DNA of 64,000 nt, taken from contig DJYO01000032.1 in the NCBI GenBank assembly GCA_002450155.1, positions 74-64,073 on the forward strand, in the 5' to 3' direction. Positions 56,638 through 64,000 of this stretch are shown here, in pieces (positions within the stretch are counted from its first letter, which is position 1; every line of letters starts with the position of its first letter). The stretch is from Mageeibacillus sp. UBA6976 (lineage in GTDB: Bacteria; Bacillota; Clostridia; Saccharofermentanales; Saccharofermentanaceae). The notes under the pieces are model-generated. The model was not told the origin of the DNA. It saw nothing but the letters and a program-made list of their open reading frames with translations, and ran no database searches. The position numbers and the translations under genes were made by a program.

Positions 56638-59600
56638 TTACTTATTGGATGTATCCGACATTAGTCTTCTGCGCTGTATCCAGACGGCTCCTGCTATCAG
56701 AATCAGAACAGCTCCTGCAATACCTGCGACGCTCATTGTCTCACCTGTTGATATGAGTGAGGTCGAATTATTCTGCGCCGTAGTATTTGTATCTGTTCCG
56801 GCATTTGTTCCGCCTGCTGCTTCTTCAGTCGGCACCGGGGTCTCCGTGAGACCGGGCTCAGTAGTAGCTTCAGGAGTTGCTGTCGCAACCTGTGTAGGCG
56901 CCGGCGTTGTTGTAGAAGTCGGAACCGGAGTAGATGTAGGTGTGGGGGTTACCGTAACCACAGGTGTTGGAGTTACATAATTCTCATTACGGTAATTACC
57001 AAGCACTATAGTAGAACCATAATATGAACGCGTGGTGATATTTTCGGGATCTAAACTCTCATACAACGTTCCGTTAGGTCCGATCCTGAAGCAGTAAGTT
57101 TCCCAACCCTGGATCACATCATATCCATCGGGGGCCTGTACCTCAGTGATGTAATAGCATCCCGGACAAAGGTTAGTGATCGAAGCAGTTCTGTCAGTTT
57201 GGGTTGTAAATGAGATCGTGTTGTCAGAAGCATTGTATCTGAAGTCATCAACATTAGAGATCCGAATCTGACTCAGATCACGGTGAGGATAGCCGGATAC
57301 TCGGGTATCCAGACATCCCAAAACGAACTTTGCTCCTCCAAGAAGAGTGTAACTATTGGCATCGTATTTCTGGAACAAGAGACTGATACTGCCCTTTGCC
57401 ACATCAGTCATTGTGACAGTATTTGAGCTCACGCTGTTGCCGTCTGCAAGAACTGAACCGTCTCTTCCGATAGTTACCGTAATAGGATTTGCCGTCTCAT
57501 AACCTGAGGGAGTGCCGGTCTCAGTAATGATATATGTTCCTGCGGGTATATTGGACACCGTGATCCTTGTACCGGAAGTTATAAATGAAACTTCACCTGA
57601 ACGCTTTACCGCATTGCCCACTCCGCTTACAGAGATCCTGCTCAGGTCTGTATGCGTTCCTGAAGCATTTGTAAGTGTTATTCCTACTTCGGGGATGTGT
57701 TCTCCGTTTACGGAATCGATCTTCACAAAATCGAATGAAAAGAGCAGCTCAGCATCATACATTACAAGAATACCATTAGAATCAAGAGCGCTGCTGGAGA
57801 TATTACCTGCATCGTCTATCGTAAACTCGATATTCGATGATGTCTGATAGCCCAAAGGAGTGGTATCTTCGCTAAGGATATAAGATCCCTCGGGAATACC
57901 TGTAACTACAGTCTGATAGTTGCTTACCGTCGTAAACGAAACTGCATCAGAAGTTACATTAAGTCCCTCAGCAGGATCCGTGCCCTGCGTTGCCGTTACT
58001 GCTGAAAGATCATTTGTCTGACCATCAACATTCTTGATCGTAAGCACAGCACCTGCAAGCTCCGCGCTGCCGCCTGTCACCTGCTTACTGATGGCAAATC
58101 CGGAAGTAACTGTCTGTATTTGCTCGTCTAACATGGTTACAGTAGTGCCCTTATCTTCGCCACCTATAATGACATGACCCGAATCATCAATAACAAATGA
58201 TATGGGTGATGCAGTCAAGTATCCGGGCGGAGTTTGAGTCTCAGCAAGGGTATACTCACCTGCAATAAGTCCAGATACGACCGTATCACAGTCAGTTGCG
58301 GTATTGAAAGAAATGCTATTTTCGGAATTGCGGGCGTTTATAGCAGCAGCTCCATTCTGTGTAGCCTCGGGACTGACTGAACCGCTTCCTGTATATGTAA
58401 GCGTAAGCTCAGCACCTGAAACAAATCCTGAACCATCATTCTTTGCAATTGTGATCTCATACGTTTCAGGAGTAGGTGAAGGCGAAGGACTCGGCGTAGT
58501 GTTGTACCAGATAACCTGAGTATTAGTAATCCAGTTAATGACTTCTAAATTAGAATCAACTGTAGCATAGTAAATGGGGTCAGCAACAGAAGATGGATCA
58601 TCGCTCATTCCAATTACAACAAGCACGACACCATAGAACGGCTGAGCCACATAACCTTCCGGAGCCTTGGTCTCTCTGAGAAGATACGTACCCTGAGGCA
58701 GATTGTTAAAGATAACCGTAGCTTCCTCCAGAGTCGTAAAGGTTATCGTGTTATTATCCTCATGGTATTCAACAGTTGCAGCTTGATCTACAGTTACAGT
58801 TGACAGATTTACAGGTTCGGTACCTACGCCATATGTAGGAACAGGATCAGGTGATGAGAGTTCAAACTCGGCGCCACCTAAGAGAATAGCAGCTGTCTCA
58901 TCAGTCTTTGAGAAATTAACTGTACGAGGAAGCAACTGAGGTGTAGGAGTAGGCGTCAGATTGGCGATGCTTATACTATCTACAGACTGAGGATTGGAAA
59001 GAGATGAGTTTGTGTACCTGATCACGCTGCCATCATCCTTGATCTCAAAGAAATACCTGGATGCTGCAATATATCCTTCAGGTGCAGAAGACTCGATAAG
59101 AACATAATATCCGGTATAGATATTATCAAATGTTATCTCTGAGCCCTTCGTCTTAAATCTAACTAAGCTGGCTGTCTGAGATAAAACATCAGCTCCACTA
59201 ACCTGTATGTTAGACAGTACTACATTAGGGCGCGATGAGTTTACATAGCGCATCGGACGGAGCTCGAAAGTTGCTCCTTCAAGATCAAGACCTGCGCCAT
59301 CAGTCTTATTGAACTTAATACCATTAACCGCAGTGGGTTCCACTGTAGGTGTAGGAGAGTTTGTAGCAGTAGGAGTATTTGTGGCCGTAGGTCCTGGAGT
59401 CGGAGTACCGTTTACAGCCGTGAAGATATTGGCCTCAGCGCTCTGAACTGAGGGTGCATTCAAGGGTGTCCCATCTTCATTTATCGATAGTACTCTACCA
59501 TCGCCTAATACTTTGAAATAATATACTCTCTCGCCAAAGCCATTAGGTGCAAATGTCTCACGGAGACGGTAATTACCCTGGGGGAGATTCTTGAATACCG

Positions 59601-60453
59601 TGTCATAATCAGCGACAGTCGTAAAACTGATCGTGTCAGTTGTATTGTTATAACTATAGTCTGCAGCTGTGGCACCATTCTGCAATACCTGAACAGTCTC
59701 AAGGCTGTCAAGCTGAGGGATCGCACTTACATATTTGGGAGCATATGAGAGTTCAAACTGTGCGCCTGCAAGTTTTGATAAATCATCGCTTTCAGGATCT
59801 GCATGATATACTTTAGAGAAGGTGACATCGAACTTCGGATAGCTGGCGAATACGAGAATACCGGCTGACTGTTTGCCAAGATTTCCTGTAGTAAGGAATT
59901 TCATCTCGATATTATCAGGGATCTCAATTGAATCATTCTCAACATACTGGATCAGTTTATTGTATGCGGTAGCCTGTGCTGATGTACCTGTAACACCGCT
60001 ACCACCATTAGTATAATGCCAGATCGCAGACTGCGTCATACTTCTCATAGAGGATTCTGTAAGATTGAATTCCTGCATCAACCCCAGCGGATCATAGGGA
60101 TATCCATAATACAGAACTTTCTTAATATGCTTAAGCAGATCCGGAGAATTGTACCTGCTGATATAAGGAGAAAGATTGGATGTATCATCGGGATCTATCG
60201 GTATCTCGGTAAAAGTATCACCTGTACTCCAGGATGATTTACTACTGTTAAGACAATAACCTCGGAATGTAGACCCGCTACCATCCTCACTGATGTTTAC
60301 CAGAGTACTGTATCCACCCAAAGCAGTATAAGTATTCTCATCTGCCATAATAGACTTGGAATCAATACCTATAATACCTGTAAGCAAAACAGATACTACC
60401 ATCAATGCGGATAAGGCTCCGGCAACAACCTTAATAATTCTTCCTTTAAACAT
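56638..60453 (-). CDS. cell-wall-anchored adhesin: thioester domain plus seven SpaA/Cna-B-like domains
   Basis: Signal peptide (start ATG 60453 after GGGGAGG); GYCLN, YYGYP, TQSAIWHY; seven K-D...GA-F-L...G-Y-L-E-AP-GY repeats; LISTG plus TM helix plus RRR tail. Confidence 0.88.
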   Translation of the reverse strand: MFKGRIIKVVAGALSALMVVSVLLTGIIGIDSKSIMADENTYTALGGYSTLVNISEDGSGSTFRGYCLNSSKSSWSTGDTFTEIPIDPDDTSNLSPYISRYNSPDLLKHIKKVLYYGYPYDPLGLMQEFNLTESSMRSMTQSAIWHYTNGGSGVTGTSAQATAYNKLIQYVENDSIEIPDNIEMKFLTTGNLGKQSAGILVFASYPKFDVTFSKVYHADPESDDLSKLAGAQFELSYAPKYVSAIPQLDSLETVQVLQNGATAADYSYNNTTDTISFTTVADYDTVFKNLPQGNYRLRETFAPNGFGERVYYFKVLGDGRVLSINEDGTPLNAPSVQSAEANIFTAVNGTPTPGPTATNTPTATNSPTPTVEPTAVNGIKFNKTDGAGLDLEGATFELRPMRYVNSSRPNVVLSNIQVSGADVLSQTASLVRFKTKGSEITFDNIYTGYYVLIESSAPEGYIAASRYFFEIKDDGSVIRYTNSSLSNPQSVDSISIANLTPTPTPQLLPRTVNFSKTDETAAILLGGAEFELSSPDPVPTYGVGTEPVNLSTVTVDQAATVEYHEDNNTITFTTLEEATVIFNNLPQGTYLLRETKAPEGYVAQPFYGVVLVVIGMSDDPSSVADPIYYATVDSNLEVINWITNTQVIWYNTTPSPSPSPTPETYEITIAKNDGSGFVSGAELTLTYTGSGSVSPEATQNGAAAINARNSENSISFNTATDCDTVVSGLIAGEYTLAETQTPPGYLTASPISFVIDDSGHVIIGGEDKGTTVTMLDEQIQTVTSGFAISKQVTGGSAELAGAVLTIKNVDGQTNDLSAVTATQGTDPAEGLNVTSDAVSFTTVSNYQTVVTGIPEGSYILSEDTTPLGYQTSSNIEFTIDDAGNISSSALDSNGILVMYDAELLFSFDFVKIDSVNGEHIPEVGITLTNASGTHTDLSRISVSGVGNAVKRSGEVSFITSGTRITVSNIPAGTYIITETGTPSGYETANPITVTIGRDGSVLADGNSVSSNTVTMTDVAKGSISLLFQKYDANSYTLLGGAKFVLGCLDTRVSGYPHRDLSQIRISNVDDFRYNASDNTISFTTQTDRTASITNLCPGCYYITEVQAPDGYDVIQGWETYCFRIGPNGTLYESLDPENITTRSYYGSTIVLGNYRNENYVTPTPVVTVTPTPTSTPVPTSTTTPAPTQVATATPEATTEPGLTETPVPTEEAAGGTNAGTDTNTTAQNNSTSLISTGETMSVAGIAGAVLILIAGAVWIQRRRLMSDTSNK

Positions 60454-60520
60454 AATAGTCCCTCCCCTGTATCTCAAAATAGTTTAACACCTGTTAACTA
60501 AATTTGAACAATAAAATAAA

Positions 60521-60553
60521 CAGGTTTCATTGCAATAATGCAAATGAAACCTG
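60521..60553. terminator. hairpin after fprA
   Basis: CAGGTTTCATT-GCA-ATAA-TGC-A-AATGAAACCTG. Confidence 0.65.
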
Positions 60554-60589
60554 ATATTTAACAAAAACAGAAGAAATGTGACAAGCAGA

Positions 60590-61789
60590 TTACAAAAGTA
60601 TATTCCTTGCCAATTCCTCCAACTGGTATACAGCATCTTCATCAGGAGTAGATCTAAGCGAGACTACAGGTTCTACTATGGTAATATCCTTCAGCTCCTC
60701 AAGTTTAGCTCTCATACTCTTACCTGCCACAGGAGCCCATGAACCGTTCTCAATAATTGCGACCTTTCGGCATGACAGATTCTTAGCCTTAAGCTCAGTC
60801 ATAAGGAATTCCATCTCGGAGAACAGATTCATATCCTGCGTAGAAGATGCAAACACAATCGTGCCACACCTGAACGCTTCACCTACAAGATAAGAGTAAT
60901 GCTGCCCTGACACATCATATAACTTAACATTCTTTGCTCCGGCCTCTGCAAGTTTGGAAGCCAGGATCTCGCTTGCATTCTCCGTTCCCCCATAAATGGA
61001 TGCAGAAAAGATCACGATCGAATCATCCTCGGGAATATATTTGCTCCAATTATCGTAATACGAGATATATTTATCAAGATCACCTCTTAAGACCGGTCCG
61101 TGGAGCGGAGCAATAAGATCCAGCTCTGCCCCTGCAAGTTTCTTAAGCAGCATCTGAACGTTATTACCATACTTTCCTACAATGTTTGAATAGTACCTTC
61201 TTACTTCAGCAAAACCAGCTGTCCAGTGGTCTGTCTCGTCTGAATAGAGGTTTCCTGACAAAGCCCCGAAAGTACCGAAGGCATCAGCAGAGAACAAAAT
61301 CTTTGCCGCAACGTCAAGAGTAACCATTACTTCGGGCCAGTGAACCATAGGCGCAGTAATGAACTTAAACGTATGAACTCCAGTATTAAGAGTATCCTGA
61401 TCCTTAACAGGTACAAAGGCATCTTGTACATCTCTGCCACAGAACTGCTTGATAAGAGCAGATACCTTGGCGGTACCATATATCTTAACATTTGGAAATC
61501 TGTCCAGAACAAGACCTAAAGTTGAACAATGGTCAGGCTCCATGTGGTTGATCACTATGTTGTCGAGAGTTCTGCTGCCCAAAGCATAGACAAGGTTATC
61601 CATAAACTGACGTCCGCAGGACCAGTCTACCGTATCGAGCAAAGTAGTCTTGTCATCCAAGACAACATAGGAATTATAGGACATACCCTGTGGTATGGGA
61701 TAAGCATTCTCAAAAAGAGCGATCCTCCTATCAGAGGCACCTACATAGATAATGTCATCTGTGATCTTTACTGTGTTATGCATAGTCAT
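60590..61789 (-). CDS. fprA: FprA family A-type flavoprotein (flavodiiron protein)
   Basis: SYNSY, NHMEPDH, MVHWPE, FSADAFG, APLHG, C-terminal flavodoxin domain. Confidence 0.93.
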   Translation of the reverse strand: MTMHNTVKITDDIIYVGASDRRIALFENAYPIPQGMSYNSYVVLDDKTTLLDTVDWSCGRQFMDNLVYALGSRTLDNIVINHMEPDHCSTLGLVLDRFPNVKIYGTAKVSALIKQFCGRDVQDAFVPVKDQDTLNTGVHTFKFITAPMVHWPEVMVTLDVAAKILFSADAFGTFGALSGNLYSDETDHWTAGFAEVRRYYSNIVGKYGNNVQMLLKKLAGAELDLIAPLHGPVLRGDLDKYISYYDNWSKYIPEDDSIVIFSASIYGGTENASEILASKLAEAGAKNVKLYDVSGQHYSYLVGEAFRCGTIVFASSTQDMNLFSEMEFLMTELKAKNLSCRKVAIIENGSWAPVAGKSMRAKLEELKDITIVEPVVSLRSTPDEDAVYQLEELARNILL

Positions 61790-61831
61790 TCTCCCTCGTT
61801 AAGTCTTAAGTAATTATACAGGAATGCAAAT

Positions 61832-61854
61832 AAAAAAGCGGGACAATGTCCCGC
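61832..61854 (-). terminator. intrinsic terminator after mreB
   Basis: GCGGGA-CATTG-TCCCGC-TTTTTT on the minus strand. Confidence 0.8.
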
Positions 61855-61875
61855 AAAGATTAATCTTAACTAAGC

Positions 61876-62886
61876 TCAATTCTCGCTTAAAGCAGAGAAC
61901 TTGTCCATCATGTCCAGAGCCTTACCTGTTCCTATAACTACGCAGGATACAGGATCCTGAGCGAGATATACATCGATACCGATACGGTTGGAGAGCATGT
62001 GATCGAGACCATAGAGCATTGCCCCACCGCCTGTCATTACGATACCTCTTTGTGAGATATCAGCCATGAGTTCCGGAGGTGTTCTCTCAAGAACATTATG
62101 TACGGCTTCAAAGATCTGTGTTATAGGCTCCTCGAGAGCTTCGAGCATCTCGGTGGAGGATACTGTAACTGTAGAAGGAAGACCTGTGATTATATTACGG
62201 CCCTGAACATCGAGGGTCAGCTCCTCATCTCTAGGATAAGCACAACCGATCTCTATCTTGAGCTTCTCAGCTGTCTTCTCACCGATGAGGATATTATGTC
62301 TCTTTCTTACATGCTTGATGATAGCTTCATCGAACTTATCGCCTGCAACCTTAAGAGATGCATCAACAACAGGTTCGCAGAGTGAGATAACTGAGATATC
62401 AGTTGTACCGCCGCCAATATCAACGACCATGGAACCACAAGCCTTGGTGATATCGATACCTGCACCGATGGCCGCGGCAATAGGCTCTCTTATAAGGAAT
62501 ACATCTTTGGCACCTGCATGACGGCATGCATTCTCAACTGCCTGCTGCTCAACAGGAGTGATTACCGAAGGAACACATACAACGATAGTCGGCTTAAAGT
62601 AAGAAGCGCGAAGCCCCGTACATACTCTGCCGATAAATGCCTTGAGCATGACCTCTGTTGCTCTGAAGTCAGAGATAACGCCCTCTCTTAAAGGTCTGAT
62701 AGCCTCAACAATCCCGGGAGTTCTTCCGAGCATAAGGCTTGCAGACTCACCTACTGCCAAGACCTTACCATTCTTACTGTTTACTGCAACTACAGAGGGT
62801 TCCTTAAGAACGATGCCTTTGCCCCTGATATATATCAACACGCTGCTGGTGCCAAGATCGACACCTATCTCCATGCCTAAACCCAT
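61876..62886 (-). CDS. mreB: rod shape-determining protein MreB/Mbl
   Basis: DLGTS, EPSVVA, RPLREGVISDF, VDIGGGTT, TGGGA. Confidence 0.95.
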   Translation of the reverse strand: MGLGMEIGVDLGTSSVLIYIRGKGIVLKEPSVVAVNSKNGKVLAVGESASLMLGRTPGIVEAIRPLREGVISDFRATEVMLKAFIGRVCTGLRASYFKPTIVVCVPSVITPVEQQAVENACRHAGAKDVFLIREPIAAAIGAGIDITKACGSMVVDIGGGTTDISVISLCEPVVDASLKVAGDKFDEAIIKHVRKRHNILIGEKTAEKLKIEIGCAYPRDEELTLDVQGRNIITGLPSTVTVSSTEMLEALEEPITQIFEAVHNVLERTPPELMADISQRGIVMTGGGAMLYGLDHMLSNRIGIDVYLAQDPVSCVVIGTGKALDMMDKFSALSEN

Positions 62887-63094
62887 AATTATTCACCTCA
62901 TTTATATCGATAGGCACACAAAAGTGCCAATTAAGTCTTCTTAAAACACCTAATTATTACATTCAAGCTATCAAAAATCAACATAAAACGAGGCAAATAT
63001 GGTGACAATCATATTTCACTATAAAAAAACCGCAGAGCGTTCTCGGCTTCAATTGCAAATAAAAAGATTTACGGATATAATCTACTACGATTTT

Positions 63095-63170
63095 CGAGGT
63101 GTAGCGCAGTTGGTAGCGTACGTGCTTTGGGAGCATGGGGTCGCAGGTTCGAATCCTGTCACCTCGACCA
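63095..63170 (+). tRNA. tRNA-Pro(TGG)
   Basis: Full cloverleaf CGAGGTG...CACCTCG-A-CCA; anticodon arm CGTGC-TTTGGGA-GCATG; GGTTCGAATCC. Confidence 0.97.
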
Positions 63171-63277
63171 CACTTTTTATACATGTCGTGGGAAGTCAGT
63201 AATTTCAAGGGTTTCAAGGGATTCCAACTTCTAAGAAAACACAACTTACGACAAAATAGAAAGAAGCGTCCTACGAT

Positions 63278-63309
63278 AAACGCCTAGAGTTGATGCTCTA
63301 GGCGTTTTT
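63278..63309. terminator. bidirectional intrinsic terminator
   Basis: AAACGCCTAGAG-TTGATG-CTCTAGGCGTTT. Confidence 0.85.
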
Positions 63310-63364
63310 AAATCTATATGAGCCAGCTAAAAAATAAGGGACAGTGCCCTTCTCTCGATGAGAT

Positions 63365-64000
63365 TTAATATACCACTAATAATACATTACAATCGTCAGC
63401 TCTATCAGGGAGATTCTCCGGTCTGTACCAGGAGTATACGAAAGATGTCGATCTGTTCATATCGATGTCTATGAGGATGTCATCTTCGTCGCCCGTGAGC
63501 CAGAAGTATGTCGTATAATCCAGATCCTCATCATCGGGATCAAAGTAGCAGGGGATTACCTGAACTGTTTTCTCATAAGCGAAACACAGATCTCTTATCT
63601 CATGCAGAAAATCATTTATCTGATCGAGTTCAGTTTGCTGAGCATCTCTTGAGATATAGATCAGGAGAACCAGGTCATTACCGGCTTCATCACTTACGTA
63701 ATCGAAGTTGATATCAGCGATATCGAATTGATGCCTGTCGAGGCACGCCTGTACTTCGTCTTCCCACTCACCAGTGTAATTCTCAACAACCTGTGCTCGC
63801 TCCATCTGATTAATCTCATTCTGGGCTTTTCTCACATAAGAGGAAAGAATTACGGCCAGCACTATCGTTATAAGTACAGGTATAGCGGAGATAATGATGC
63901 ACACAGTCGCATATATGCTCTTGGTGTTGATGCTTTTCGCGATGATGGCAAGGACAAGACTTACAAAGAACCCGAAGCCGCCGGCTAAGATGAGGGACGT
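63365..64000 (-). CDS. hypothetical membrane protein, 5' end outside the window
   Basis: The frame of the 63904 ORF stays open to base 64000 (TSLILAGGFGFFVSLVLAIIAKSINTKSIYAT...), adding a further TM helix; acidic C-domain. Confidence 0.7.
   Translation of the reverse strand, partial: TSLILAGGFGFFVSLVLAIIAKSINTKSIYATVCIIISAIPVLITIVLAVILSSYVRKAQNEINQMERAQVVENYTGEWEDEVQACLDRHQFDIADINFDYVSDEAGNDLVLLIYISRDAQQTELDQINDFLHEIRDLCFAYEKTVQVIPCYFDPDDEDLDYTTYFWLTGDEDDILIDIDMNRSTSFVYSWYRPENLPDRADDCNVLLVVY

Noticed and set aside
62978-63244. Small ORFs on both strands around 63000-63240
   Set aside because: They overlap the tRNA-Pro gene and its promoter/terminator region.
225-63988. The many 60-240 aa ORFs nested within or antisense to long genes
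   Set aside because: They overlap well-supported CDSs and show no independent motifs or RBS support.

Overview
Mostly core chromosome of a Bacillota/Clostridia bacterium. Evidence for that assignment: AddAB, rplU-prp-rpmA with a cleavable L27 extension, an L21 leader, a Gram-positive LexA box and ChW repeats. A rumen Saccharofermentans-like organism is an inference only. Nearly all genes are on the minus strand. Reading right to left: partial hypothetical gene, tRNA-Pro (+), mreB, fprA, a thioester-domain adhesin, rho, rpmE, DUF1385, prmC, DUF951, a VOC fusion (+), ybaK, murC, a membrane protein, a truncated CBM2 surface protein with an AT-rich lipoprotein, rplU-prp-rpmA, obgE, DUF212, pfkB, uvrB, dnaE, cobB, an orphan pilin, pfkA, mutS2, a CAAX protease, marR-acp-DAG kinase, ynbB-like, HlyD-like-yggS-sepF, DUF47, LacI-GGDEF, arsR-HMA-cadA, ChW/L,D-transpeptidase (+), addBA, tadA (+), a zinc-ribbon membrane gene, rpoD and an Rnf-like cluster. 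The window opens with the 3' half of a tRNA-Arg(CCT) that looks like an att site. The most unusual element is the rnfC-rnfD-long rnfG-(rnfE/A fusion) cluster behind rpoD: it has no rnfB and appears to have lost the covalent-FMN and membrane [2Fe-2S] motifs. Other notable items are a probably collapsed Rhs-like locus (44988-47708), Rho with a duplicated basic disordered insert, and dnaE translationally coupled to LexA-boxed uvrB. No CRISPR array, rRNA, transposase or integrase was seen. All family calls come from motif recognition by eye; no database searches were run.
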